Part shown: positions 28,403-37,904 of the stretch, in pieces | How positions within the stretch are numbered: position 1 is the first letter of the stretch | Layout of the letters: every line of letters begins with the position of its first letter | Notes under the pieces: model-generated | Databases searched by the model: none | Told to the model about the DNA's origin: nothing | Seen by the model: only the letters and a program-made list of their open reading frames with translations | Translations under genes and position numbers: made by a program | NCBI GenBank assembly: GCA_034429275.1 | Contig: DAOUFU010000013.1 | Coordinates: 3,313-67,312, forward strand | Source: Anaerolineae bacterium | Lineage (GTDB): Bacteria; Chloroflexota; Anaerolineae; Aggregatilineales; Aggregatilineaceae | DNA length: 64,000 nt | Reading direction: 5' to 3'

Positions 28403-28750
28403 TTACCGACGACCATACTTACGTTCGGCTTCGGCCAGGTCATCCGGGCTGACTTCGAGCATCACCATACCACAGTTGCGGCACACCAGGGCGTTGACCC
28501 GGAGCAAGTTCCGAAACGGGCGCAGCATTCGCGAGATTTTGGGGAGCTTGAGTGCGCGCGGGGCAAGCTGCAGCTGGCGAAACTTGTCGCTGTAGTCGAT
28601 CAGGTAAGCGGAGGCCATGTCGGTTGCGCCACAGCGTGGGCAGCGTCCCCGGATGATGTTAGTCGGGCCGCCTTCGGGCAGCGAGATCGGCGGCGCAACG
28701 GTGGGCGGCGGCGTCCCGCCTGGGGTCAGGTTCTTTGGATCGTTGGACAT
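28403..28750 (-). CDS. Small zinc-ribbon protein (CxxC...CxxC)
   Basis: Internal ATG 28750 (MSNDPKNLTPGG...) has an AAAGGTGAAG RBS. CPRCG and CRNCG pairs are about 50 aa apart. It lies immediately upstream of the J-protein gene. Confidence 0.6.
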   Translation of the reverse strand: MSNDPKNLTPGGTPPPTVAPPISLPEGGPTNIIRGRCPRCGATDMASAYLIDYSDKFRQLQLAPRALKLPKISRMLRPFRNLLRVNALVCRNCGMVMLEVSPDDLAEAERKYGRR

Positions 28751-28957
28751 TGCTTCACCTTTACCAAAACACGGACCAGGGCGTGTTGCATTGATTATAC
28801 ACAACCTGGGGTTTTCCGCTGAGGCCGCTAACAAACGTGCTTTGCCGTGCATAAATATTATGGAACCGCCCACGATTGGGGGGCAAAAAACTGGGCGGTT
28901 GCGAGATGATAAAAGCGTGGGGAGAAATCGCAGAGCGGAGGAGAAAGGGCGACCAGA

Positions 28958-29206
28958 ATGCATAACGGACGGGTGAGGATGTATTTCTTGCGGGTTACCA
29001 GTGTGGGCATCTTCAACGCGCTGGTCAGCAGCGCCGAAGAGCGGGCTGAACTGCACGGAGCAGTATATGAAGCAAGGCGCAGCCGGGGCTACTATGAGCT
29101 GGTTACCCCCAGCGAATCACTCTGGCGCGAGTTGTATCTCTACGGGCAAATGTTGGCCCAGGCCCAGGACGAAACCATCGAAGGGGGCGAAGAGTTGACG
29201 AACTGA
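28958..29206 (+). CDS. Possible small hypothetical protein (82 aa)
   Basis: It is the only sizeable ORF in an otherwise 545-bp non-coding gap and is followed by the hairpin at 29259-29290. It has no recognisable motifs and a weak RBS. Confidence 0.25.
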   Translation: MHNGRVRMYFLRVTSVGIFNALVSSAEERAELHGAVYEARRSRGYYELVTPSESLWRELYLYGQMLAQAQDETIEGGEELTN

Positions 29207-29258
29207 GCAGCTCTAGCGGGAACTCTAGCGGGAGCCGGACGTGGGGCCGGTCATACAG

Positions 29259-29290
29259 ACAGAAGCCACGCCTGTTCGCGTGGCTTCTGT
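29259..29290. terminator. 13-bp hairpin between the small ORF and the 3' end of tRNA-Ser(GCU)
   Basis: ACAGAAGCCACGC-ctgttc-GCGTGGCTTCTGT is followed by TT on the plus strand. On the minus strand it sits 6 nt after the tRNA CCA end. Confidence 0.5.
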
Positions 29291-29296
29291 TTGGAG

Positions 29297-29389
29297 TGGC
29301 GGGGAGGACAGGATTCGAACCTGCGAACCGGTTTAAGGCCGGTTAACCGCTTAGCAGGCGGCCCCAATCGTCCACTCTGGCACCTCCCC
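29297..29389 (-). tRNA. tRNA-Ser (anticodon GCU), class II, CCA encoded
   Basis: The reverse complement gives GGGGAGG...CCTCCCC-G-CCA. Anticodon arm is GCCGC-CTGCTAA-GCGGT (GCU). It has a long variable arm and T-loop GGTTCGAATCC. Confidence 0.9.
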
Positions 29390-29412
29390 GTATTGAGCGC
29401 ATCTTGAGGTTA

Positions 29413-29502
29413 TGGCGGAGGGAGAGGGATTCGAACCCCCGGAGACGTTACCGCCTCAGTGGTTTTCAAGACCACCGCCATAAACCACTCGGCCATCCCT
29501 CC
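29413..29502 (-). tRNA. tRNA-Ser (anticodon UGA), class II, CCA encoded
   Basis: The reverse complement gives GGAGGGA...TCCCTCC-G-CCA. Anticodon arm is GTGGT-CTTGAAA-ACCAC (UGA). It has a long variable arm and T-loop GGTTCGAATCC. Confidence 0.9.
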
Positions 29503-29574
29503 GGAGTGCGGCATCCGATAGAGATACTTCCAGACGCGGCGCACCGGGATGCAGCGCATCCTGGATGCGGCGGT

Positions 29575-29603
29575 AGTATAGCATGTTCGCCGGGGTGGGT
29601 CAA
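29575..29603 (-). promoter_or_regulatory. Near-consensus sigma70-type promoter for the tRNA-Ser(UGA)-tRNA-Ser(GCU) pair
   Basis: The minus strand reads TTGACC-17 nt-TATACT (with TGc immediately upstream). It lies about 65 nt upstream of the first tRNA. Confidence 0.55.
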
Positions 29604-29635
29604 CCGTATCTTTCGTGTTGAGCGAAGCACTCCAG

Positions 29636-32600
29636 TTATAGATCGCGGTCTAGCTCGCCGGGGGCAGGCACCGGCAGTGTGATAGTAAAGGTGCTGCCTC
29701 GCCCTGGCGCGCTCTCTACATCAATGCGCCCGTCGTGCAGTTCCACGATTTCGCGCGTGATGGCCAACCCCAGCCCGGTACCGGAGGCAATTTTGGCGGC
29801 TTCCTCCGTGCGGAAGAACGGATCGAAGACGTACACCTGTTCTTCAGGCGGGATGCCGATACCGGTATCCTTCACCCACAACCGGACGGAATCGCCATCG
29901 CGTGTCAGCCCCACCTGCACTATCCCTCCATCAGGCGTATATTTCACCGCGTTCCCGAACAGGTTGCGCAGCGAGCGCATCAACTGGGCGGAGTCGCCAT
30001 AGACGTACTGCACACCGGCCAGCCCGGTCGCATCGATCACCAGGTCGCGCTCGCGGGTGACGGCCAGCATCGACTGGATCAGGTCGCGGCTGTGAGCTGC
30101 CAGGTCGAACCATTCCTTGTTGGGCCTGGCCCGGCGTGCATCGAAGCGCGACAGTTCCAGAATGTCCTCGACCAGCTCCCTGAGCACATTGGCCTGGCCG
30201 TAAATTTGCCGCACGATCCGCAAGCGTTCTCCGTCGTCGAAACGATCGTAATATTTGGCCAGGCTGCTGATCTCCAGCAGAATCGCAGAAAGCGGGGTGC
30301 GCAGCTCGTGCGAGACGGTGGAGACAAACCGCCCTTTGAGATCGTCCAATTCCCGGTAGTAGGTCACATCGTGCAACACAATTACCGTGCCCGTCACTTC
30401 GCCGGCGGGATCGTGTATGATGGCGCTGCGCGCCTGGATCGCGCGGCGGGGGATGCGCTGAATCACACTACAGACCTCATGCCGATCGTTGGCCCCATCG
30501 GCATCGATCAGCCAGCATGGCCAGTAGAGGTCTTCACGAGATGCATACGGGCAGTCCCCCTCAATGCATTCCATCGGCAGGCCGGTTGCAGGGTTGACCA
30601 GCGCCTCGATCGGCAGCGAAAACTCGACCGATTCCGGCGATCCCAACCGCGCGATGCGCCGCTGGAGCCAGTCCCACAACAGGCTGGCCGCACGCTGTGC
30701 CCCACCGCGCTCGGCAGGATAAAAGCGGAATAATGCCTCGCCCGCCGGGTTGATGACGATCGGCGTCTGGACCTGATCGAACACCAGAATTCCATCCGCC
30801 GCGCTCTGCAAAATGGCCCCGATGCGCGCACTGCTGTGCACCGCCTCGGCGTACAGTTGCGCATTGGCCAGCGCGACGCCGACCTGCCGCCCAATGGCAT
30901 CTACCATGCGCATTTCTTCATTGCCCCAAATGCGCGGCTGGTCGTGGACCAACGTGATCACCCCCATGATTTGTCCCTGCCGCCAAATAGGAACATCCAG
31001 CATGGCGGCAATTCCAATCTCACGGGCCAGTTCCGGAGGCGAAGGCGGTGAGCCATCTTGAACCAAGGTGTTGGGAGTCAGGCTGATCATGCCGTCAAGC
31101 ATAGATTGGGTCAGGCCGCGCTGGGCAGCGACACTGAGCGATTGCGAGGACGCATCCAGCAGGAAGATCGCCCCACCGGTGATACCCAAATGCTCGACCA
31201 GGGTTGCCAGCACGCCGTCGAGCATCGCCCCGGTATCGAGCGAACTGCTCAGTGTCTCGGCGACGGCATTACGCACGCTCAAATCGGCGGTGCGCTCGTT
31301 GACACGCCGCTCCATCTGGTCGGCGTGGCGCTGAATCTGAGCGTAAAGCTGGCGATTCTCAATCGCCGCCGCCACACGCTCGGCAAAGACATTCAACACA
31401 TGGCGATCCTGGGCGGTGAAGGCATCCAACTCGATGCTTTGCAGGTCCAGCGCACCGATCGATTCGCCGCCGGAGGACTTGAGCGGGATCACCAGTTCGG
31501 AGGCTGTGCGGGGGTCTCCCACAATATACCGGTCATCGAGCCGCACGTCCGGCGCGTAGACAGGTTCGCCGGTGCGCACTGCCGATGCCACCAGGCCGGG
31601 TCCGTCCAATTGTAATGCATGCGGCGACTGAATCTCGTAATCACCTGCCCGGCTGATAGTGTGAAGATTTCCCGTCTCCGGATCGAGCAGCAGCAGGCCA
31701 CAAGCCACTCGTTTGAAGGTGCCCACCACCGTTTGCACGATCTGGTTACTCAGGTCGCGCATGGTGGTGACGGCGGGCAGCGCCGAAAACAGGAACGACG
31801 TTCCGCGGTAGAGCACCGCCAGCTCATCCACTGAGCGGCGCACTTCATCGTAGAGATGTGCGTTGTTGAGTGCCACAGCCGCCTGTTCGGCGAACATCTG
31901 GAGCACTTCGCTCTGCTTATCGGAGAATGTATGAGGTTGAGCGCCGTCAAGCACGATCAAGCCGATTGTCCGCTCGCCGATGCGGATTGGACAGGACAGG
32001 ACCGAGCGGATCCAGGCTGTCTCGGGCATCTCCACCCAATCCGGATCAACCAGTGTGTCGCCGATACAAGTCGGTTGACCGGCCTCCAACATGCGTACCA
32101 GCGAAGGCCACGCATTGAGCGGAATCTCCTGCCTATACATCCATTCGGTGGTACCGTAGGCTTCGTACCCACGCGCGCGTGCCACGCGCACCTGGTTACC
32201 TTCGATTAGCATGACATTGGCGGCATCGTGAGGCACCACCCGCTCGATATTGGCCAGGATCAGGTCGAGCACAGTATCGGGGTCAAGCGTGCGATTGATC
32301 GCGGTGAGGGTTTCGCGCAGGGTTTCGGCCAGCGTGCGCTGCTCACGCTCGGCAGCATAGAGCTGGGCGTTACGCAGCGCGATAGCCGCCTGGTCGGCAA
32401 AAGCTTTGAGCCGCCCGGCGTGCTGCGGTCCAAAAAAGCCCGGCGTTGCGCTGTCCAGGTTCAGCATCCCAACCGTTTGCCCCTGGATGCGAATGGGCGC
32501 AGAAGCAAACGAGCGAATCCATTTCGTTTCGGGGAACTCGTGCCACCAGCTGGCAGTAGTCACATCGCTGACGATGAGCGCCTCGTCCTGTTCCATCCGC

Positions 32601-35155
32601 TCGCGCAGCATGTAATAGGGATCGTCCAGGGAAATCACGACCTGGCGCATGTAATCGTCCAGGCCGCGTCCAGAATAGCCCCGGAAGCCGATCACGCGCG
32701 CCAACTGCGCCTCGTGGTTGATGATCATGATATTAGCCGCATCGTGCGGCACGACACGGCCAAGCATAACGAGCAGGCGATCGATCACCAATGCCGGGTC
32801 AAGGGTGCTGGTGAGCGTCGTCGCCACATCGCGCAGAGCTTCGGCCAATGCCCGCTGCTCGCGCTCGGCAGACTGTGTGCGTTCGCGCAGGATGGCCGCG
32901 CCCAACGCATTGGACGCGCTGCGCAGCGCCTCGATTTCGACAGGCAGCCACCGCCGCTCTCGCTCGCAATCCACCAACCCCCAAAAGCCCCACCATTCGT
33001 TTTCGACAAAGATCGGCATCAAGGCGACGGAAAGAGCATCTACCTCCAGCAGCAGATCGCGCGCCGAACCCGACATCTCGCGCAGCACGCCATACACAGG
33101 CTGCCCGGCAGCCAGCCGGGTGCCCCATGAATCCTCGGTCAGGAAAAGCGGGAGGTTCCGATAGCGCGACCGCTCCACTGGTTGCTTGGAAGACGTCCAC
33201 CAGTGACGCAGGCTGCTGACCATCTTGCCTTGTGGACCAGGATGATTCGCGCACAGGAAGGAATAACTCATCGCAGTCGCTTCGCCCAGGGCCTTGATCG
33301 ACTCGCGCAGTGCGGAATCCAGGTCATCAGCGCGCACCAGGCGCTCGCTCATATCCGCCAGCGCGTCGAGGATAGCATCGCGACGACGCAGAGCCTCATC
33401 CATGTGCCGACGTTCGGTAATATCGCGAACGACCGCCAGCACATGTTCGGGACCACTGGCCACCATGCGCACTTCAAAAAAGTATTCGCCGTCAGGGAGA
33501 TGGAGTGGATATTCCCAGACTTGCATCTCGCCTGCCAGCGCCTTTTCGATCCGTGCCAGAAAATCTTGCCGCGCGTGAGCCGAGACCAGGTCGCCGATTG
33601 GAGTGCCCAAAATTTCCTCTGGGGAGGCCGACAGACGACCCTCGGCCCAATTCGACTTGACATTGACAATAGTGCCTTGCCGGTCGAACTGCAGCATAAG
33701 GTCGGGGATCGCCGCCAAGACAGCACGGTTTTGTTCCTCACTGGCGCGCAGCGCGTTCTCGGTAGCTTTGCGCTCGGTGATGTCGCGCACGATATACAAC
33801 ACTTCATCCGGTGCGCTGACCACTGCGCGCCCCTCAAAATCGCGCGTGTGCCCGGAAAAATCGAGCTGGTATTCGAGCACCTGCATCGTGCCGGTATCCA
33901 GCGCACGCTCTATCGCCGCACGTAGCCGCTGCGCATAGGCTTCTGGAAGCTCGTCCTCAACCTTGCGACCAATGATCGTGTGCGCATCCCCTACCAGGAC
34001 ATCTTCTTTGCCTTCGGCCTGCACATCCACCACGATGCCGGCCCGGTTGAAGCAAAACAACAGGTCGGGAAGGGCACGCAGCAGCGCTCGCTGACGGGCT
34101 TCGCTGCGGCGCAGGGCGTCTTCGGCGGTCTGCCGCTCGGTGACATCGTAAGCCACGATCTGGATGGCCGGCTGTTGCTCGTAGACGAAGGGGATGATTA
34201 CACTTTCCACCTCAATGCTGGTCCCATCGAGCCGAACGATCTTGTGCTGCATGGGTGGCATATTCTCGCCCTGCATCACCAGGCCAATACGCTGCTCGGC
34301 GGTGGCCAGGTCATCGGGTGCGACAATGCGGTCCACAGTCAGGCCGATCACCTCATCCATTGAGTGCCCGCCCAGCAACCGTACGCCCGCCGGGTTCACA
34401 TAGACCACACGGCCTTCCTGCATCACCGCGATAGTCACCGGCGCATATTCAATCAAGCGCCGGTACCGCTCACGCGCTTCGATCAACTCGGTCTGGCGCG
34501 CCTGATCAATCTGTCCCAACTGGTGCGCCACCAGGATGACCAGGCTAGACACGCCAACCAGGTAGCCGATCCACAAATCGCCTGCGGTGACACCCTCGAA
34601 TACAAAGGGAACCGGCAGCAGCACCAAGACATTGAACCCCGCCAGCGCTGCCGTCCACCGCCACGAAAACCACATACTGCACAACAGAACGGGCACAATC
34701 AGGTACACTTGCAGCTTCAGATCGTCCGAGTCGCTGATGGGAAGACTGATCCCCAGCAGGCCAAGATCGAGCACGAGCACGATCAGCGCGGCGACCCGCC
34801 TGTAATGGTAGGTGCGGCTGTACCGCCAGCCGAACAACAGCGCGATCACCAGCCCGGCAGTGATCAGAAAATCGTCGTCTTCCAGCGCCGATTGACCATC
34901 GATGACCAGGCTGCCCCCCAGCCCCAAAGTCAGGCCGATGCCTGCCAGCGCCATCAGCATCGCGGCCAACAAGCGGGCGCTGCGGCGCTCGCGCTGCGGC
35001 ACGGAATCATCGGGCCGGGTCAGCCCAAGCACCAGTCGGACCATGCTTTTCCAGGGATGCGAAACCAGTGCTCGCATAGGGTTCTCCCTGTCACCTACTT
35101 CACCCACTCTCGTTCTGATTCTATTGTCTCCGATTTTGATGGGATGGATAGTCAA
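29636..35155 (-). CDS. Giant hybrid-architecture sensor histidine kinase (N-terminal TM block, multiple PAS and GAF domains, HisKA plus HATPase_c); no adjacent response regulator
   Basis: 1839-aa ORF with repeated PAS-type (DITERK/DVTERQ/DITERR endings) and GAF-type modules. H-box is SHELRTPLSAI, N-box is NLFGNAVKYT, G1 is DTGIGIP and G2 is GTGLGLAI. The true start among several Met codons is uncertain. Confidence 0.85.
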   Translation of the reverse strand: MTIHPIKIGDNRIRTRVGEVGDRENPMRALVSHPWKSMVRLVLGLTRPDDSVPQRERRSARLLAAMLMALAGIGLTLGLGGSLVIDGQSALEDDDFLITAGLVIALLFGWRYSRTYHYRRVAALIVLVLDLGLLGISLPISDSDDLKLQVYLIVPVLLCSMWFSWRWTAALAGFNVLVLLPVPFVFEGVTAGDLWIGYLVGVSSLVILVAHQLGQIDQARQTELIEARERYRRLIEYAPVTIAVMQEGRVVYVNPAGVRLLGGHSMDEVIGLTVDRIVAPDDLATAEQRIGLVMQGENMPPMQHKIVRLDGTSIEVESVIIPFVYEQQPAIQIVAYDVTERQTAEDALRRSEARQRALLRALPDLLFCFNRAGIVVDVQAEGKEDVLVGDAHTIIGRKVEDELPEAYAQRLRAAIERALDTGTMQVLEYQLDFSGHTRDFEGRAVVSAPDEVLYIVRDITERKATENALRASEEQNRAVLAAIPDLMLQFDRQGTIVNVKSNWAEGRLSASPEEILGTPIGDLVSAHARQDFLARIEKALAGEMQVWEYPLHLPDGEYFFEVRMVASGPEHVLAVVRDITERRHMDEALRRRDAILDALADMSERLVRADDLDSALRESIKALGEATAMSYSFLCANHPGPQGKMVSSLRHWWTSSKQPVERSRYRNLPLFLTEDSWGTRLAAGQPVYGVLREMSGSARDLLLEVDALSVALMPIFVENEWWGFWGLVDCERERRWLPVEIEALRSASNALGAAILRERTQSAEREQRALAEALRDVATTLTSTLDPALVIDRLLVMLGRVVPHDAANIMIINHEAQLARVIGFRGYSGRGLDDYMRQVVISLDDPYYMLRERMEQDEALIVSDVTTASWWHEFPETKWIRSFASAPIRIQGQTVGMLNLDSATPGFFGPQHAGRLKAFADQAAIALRNAQLYAAEREQRTLAETLRETLTAINRTLDPDTVLDLILANIERVVPHDAANVMLIEGNQVRVARARGYEAYGTTEWMYRQEIPLNAWPSLVRMLEAGQPTCIGDTLVDPDWVEMPETAWIRSVLSCPIRIGERTIGLIVLDGAQPHTFSDKQSEVLQMFAEQAAVALNNAHLYDEVRRSVDELAVLYRGTSFLFSALPAVTTMRDLSNQIVQTVVGTFKRVACGLLLLDPETGNLHTISRAGDYEIQSPHALQLDGPGLVASAVRTGEPVYAPDVRLDDRYIVGDPRTASELVIPLKSSGGESIGALDLQSIELDAFTAQDRHVLNVFAERVAAAIENRQLYAQIQRHADQMERRVNERTADLSVRNAVAETLSSSLDTGAMLDGVLATLVEHLGITGGAIFLLDASSQSLSVAAQRGLTQSMLDGMISLTPNTLVQDGSPPSPPELAREIGIAAMLDVPIWRQGQIMGVITLVHDQPRIWGNEEMRMVDAIGRQVGVALANAQLYAEAVHSSARIGAILQSAADGILVFDQVQTPIVINPAGEALFRFYPAERGGAQRAASLLWDWLQRRIARLGSPESVEFSLPIEALVNPATGLPMECIEGDCPYASREDLYWPCWLIDADGANDRHEVCSVIQRIPRRAIQARSAIIHDPAGEVTGTVIVLHDVTYYRELDDLKGRFVSTVSHELRTPLSAILLEISSLAKYYDRFDDGERLRIVRQIYGQANVLRELVEDILELSRFDARRARPNKEWFDLAAHSRDLIQSMLAVTRERDLVIDATGLAGVQYVYGDSAQLMRSLRNLFGNAVKYTPDGGIVQVGLTRDGDSVRLWVKDTGIGIPPEEQVYVFDPFFRTEEAAKIASGTGLGLAITREIVELHDGRIDVESAPGRGSTFTITLPVPAPGELDRDL

Positions 35156-35225
35156 AAAGGTTTAAACACAAAAGGGGCGTAGCATGTACGCCCCCGATGA
35201 ACCGACGAATTCTTGCTAACCGACG

Positions 35226-36626
35226 TTATAGCGAGTAGACCTGGTGAAGCTCCGGCACATCGACCTGTTCGTATCCCGCATCGGTACGCAGGGCCTGGGC
35301 CAACGCAGCCGCCGCGTCTGGCTCACCGTGAACCAGGAAGGTCCGACGTGGCCGCTTGGTGATCGCTTCTGCCCATGCCAGCAGTTCGCCGCTGTCGGCA
35401 TGGCCAGAAAAGCCGTTGATTACCTCTACTTGTGCGCGCAGAATATGTTCTTCGCCGAAGATGCGAACTTTTTCCTGCTTTTCGACGAGACGTCGCCCCA
35501 ACGTGTCGGGTGCCTGCCAGCCCACGATGAGAATGGTGTTCTTCGGGTCTTCGATCCGGTTGCGGAGATGGTGCAGGATGCGGCCTGTTTCGGCCATGCC
35601 GCTCGCGCTGATCACGATAAACGGCTCGCGCATGAAGTTGAGTTCCTTGCTCTGCTCAACCGAGCGCGTATAGCGCAGCATATCGAAGCCAAAGGGATCG
35701 CCCTCAGCCAGCATAAAATCGCGGATTTCGCTGTCGAAGCATTCCGGGTGCAGCCGATAAACCGCCGTCGCGTTGATGGCAAGCGGGCTGTCAACAAACA
35801 CCGGCAGTTGGGGGATGTCGCGCTGGTTGATCAGCCGGTGCAGCGTGTAGACCAACTGCTGAGTGCGCCCGACTGCAAAAGAAGGGATCACCACCGCACC
35901 GCCACGCCGATAGGTGTCGTTGATGATGCGTTCCAGTTTGCGCTCCGCATCGTCGTAGGGTTCGTGCACGCGGTTGCCATAGGTGCTTTCGAGAAGCAGC
36001 ACATCGGCGTGATCGACGGTTTCGGGGTCGCGAATGATCGGGATACCGGCGCGGCCCAGGTCTCCGCTGAAGACCAGGCGCACATCGCGCCCGGCGTCGC
36101 GGTCTTCGATGTCCAGCACGACAATCGCGCTGCCGAGCATGTGACCGGCGTCGTAGAAGGTGACGTAGACGCCAGAGGCAATCTCCCGCTGGCGATGATA
36201 GCCGATGGCATTGAAGTATTCGAGGCTGTTAACCGTATCCTCAACCGTGTAGATCGGCTGGATAGGCGGCTCGTTGTTCCGGGCGCGTTTTTTGTTGACG
36301 AACTGGGCATCTTTTTCCTGAATATAAGCGCTGTCCATCAGCATCGTCGAGCACAAATCGCGCGTGGCAAAGGTGCACACGATGTCGCCGGTGAACCCGC
36401 TGCGCACCAGGTTGGGGATGTTGCCGCTGTGGTCGATGTGCGCATGGCTGAGAATCATCACGTCTACGGCGCTGGCATCGAATGGCAGGTTGCGGTTGCG
36501 CTCGTACGATTCCTGGCGCGCGCCCTGGTACAGCCCGCAGTCGAGCAGCAGGCGCTGGCCGTTCACTTCGATCAGGTGCTGGGAACCGGTAACGGTCTGT
36601 GCGGCCCCATGAAAGGTGATTTTCAT
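35226..36626 (-). CDS. Metallo-beta-lactamase / beta-CASP family ribonuclease-like protein
   Basis: The ATG at 36626 has a GAGGGAG RBS. N-terminus is MKITFHGAAQTVTGSQHLIEVNGQRLLLDCGLYQG, with the HxHxDH motif SHAHIDHSG. The C-terminal region is beta-CASP-like. Confidence 0.75.
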   Translation of the reverse strand: MKITFHGAAQTVTGSQHLIEVNGQRLLLDCGLYQGARQESYERNRNLPFDASAVDVMILSHAHIDHSGNIPNLVRSGFTGDIVCTFATRDLCSTMLMDSAYIQEKDAQFVNKKRARNNEPPIQPIYTVEDTVNSLEYFNAIGYHRQREIASGVYVTFYDAGHMLGSAIVVLDIEDRDAGRDVRLVFSGDLGRAGIPIIRDPETVDHADVLLLESTYGNRVHEPYDDAERKLERIINDTYRRGGAVVIPSFAVGRTQQLVYTLHRLINQRDIPQLPVFVDSPLAINATAVYRLHPECFDSEIRDFMLAEGDPFGFDMLRYTRSVEQSKELNFMREPFIVISASGMAETGRILHHLRNRIEDPKNTILIVGWQAPDTLGRRLVEKQEKVRIFGEEHILRAQVEVINGFSGHADSGELLAWAEAITKRPRRTFLVHGEPDAAAALAQALRTDAGYEQVDVPELHQVYSL

Positions 36627-36719
36627 ACGTTGCACTCCCTCGGAATAGTATCCAGCCAGCCGATCCACTCCGGCGATGATCGCCGAAGTGCCTGCCAACA
36701 GCCTGCCCAATCCACCGTT

Positions 36720-37904
36720 TTATGGCTCGCCCGGCAGATCGCCGGACATCCCGGCGACTGCCTGCTCTATCACGGCGATCAGCTCGGCCCCATACCGCAC
36801 ACGCCGCCAGGGACCCAACCCCTGAATGCCGTCCAGTTCTTCCAGGCGCTGCGGAGCCAGCCGCGCCAGCGTCCACAAAGTTTCGCGCGGCACAATCACA
36901 TCCGACTCCACCCCGCGCGCTGCCGCGCGCGCCTTGCGCCAGTTGTGCAGGGCATCGTACCGCGCCTGGACATCGGGCGAGGGTGGCGTGCTGCGGTGTG
37001 GTGGATGGGGTGGCCTGGCCTGACGCCCGCGCTGCACAGCTTCGACGATGGCCGGGCCATCGCGCTGTACCAGGCGCGGGGCCAACCCACGCACGGTGAG
37101 CAGGTCCTCCGGGCGGCGCGGAGCCAGCATGGCAATCTCTACCAGCGTGCGATCGCCAAAGACTTTGAAAGGCGGCCAGTCGCGGGCCTGGGCAAGGGCA
37201 TCGCGCAGCAGGTACAACTCGCGGACAATCGCCATCTGCTGGCGGGTGAGCAACCGGGTATCGTGCAAGCGCCAGTAGCCTTCGGGATCGAAGCTATGCC
37301 CGGCAGGGGCAAGCGCGGGCAGGTCCGCGAAGGTTTCGAGCGCTTCTTCCAGGCAGCCCGTCGCCACCAGTTCTGCATGCAGCCGGTCCCGCAGCATCGG
37401 CAGATAATGGGTATCCACCTGGGCATATTCCAGTTGATCGGGGGGCAGAGGCCGGGTCGCCCAGTTGGCGCGCTGATATTTCTTCTGCGCCCGCACGCCA
37501 AACTGCTCTTCGAGGATGTTCCCCAGGCCGGTCTTGGCCCACCCGCAGATGCGCGCCGCCAGCATCGTATCGAAGACGGATGCGAATTCGAAGCCAAAAT
37601 CGCGCTTGAGCGAGATGATGTCATATTCGGCGGCGTGGAACACCGTCTCGATGGCGGGATCGGCCAGCAGTGTGCCCAGAGGACTCATATCATCCACCGC
37701 CAGGGGGTCTACAATCACATCCTGCGTGCGTGTGGAAAGCTGTACCAGGCAGACCCGCTCATTATAGGCATAGAGACTGTTGGACTCGGTATCCACGGCG
37801 AGCAGCGGTTCGCGCCGTAGTTTATCGACCAGGCGGCGCAGGTCAGCGGTTCGCCGGATATACTGAGGGCGCGCCAGAGCCGGTAAATGATCGGTCACAC
37901 CCAC
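36720..37904 (-). CDS. rnd: Ribonuclease D (DEDDy 3'-5' exonuclease plus HRDC)
   Basis: LAVDTESNSLYAYNERVCLVQLST (ExoI), FHAAEYDI (ExoII) and YAQVDTHYL (ExoIII) are present, followed by an HRDC-like C-terminal half. It overlaps the corA stop by 10 nt. Confidence 0.8.
   Translation of the reverse strand: MGVTDHLPALARPQYIRRTADLRRLVDKLRREPLLAVDTESNSLYAYNERVCLVQLSTRTQDVIVDPLAVDDMSPLGTLLADPAIETVFHAAEYDIISLKRDFGFEFASVFDTMLAARICGWAKTGLGNILEEQFGVRAQKKYQRANWATRPLPPDQLEYAQVDTHYLPMLRDRLHAELVATGCLEEALETFADLPALAPAGHSFDPEGYWRLHDTRLLTRQQMAIVRELYLLRDALAQARDWPPFKVFGDRTLVEIAMLAPRRPEDLLTVRGLAPRLVQRDGPAIVEAVQRGRQARPPHPPHRSTPPSPDVQARYDALHNWRKARAAARGVESDVIVPRETLWTLARLAPQRLEELDGIQGLGPWRRVRYGAELIAVIEQAVAGMSGDLPGEP

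Noticed and set aside
29211-29233. 12-nt tandem duplication CTCTAGCGGGA-a-CTCTAGCGGGA just after the small ORF
   Set aside because: There are only two short copies and no associated structure or gene. It is most likely a slippage duplication without demonstrable function.
18085-29502. Genomic island or integrated element bracketed by tRNA-Ser genes
   Set aside because: I could see no integrase, transposase, direct repeat of a tRNA 3' end or compositional break. The gene content is ordinary chromosomal and the strand organisation is mixed.
35244-37820. 858-aa plus-strand ORF, the longest unexplained ORF in the track
   Set aside because: It runs antisense across two well-supported minus-strand genes (beta-CASP RNase-like, RNase D). 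It is R/A/G/Q/H-rich low-complexity sequence with no motifs. This is a typical shadow ORF of a GC-rich genome.
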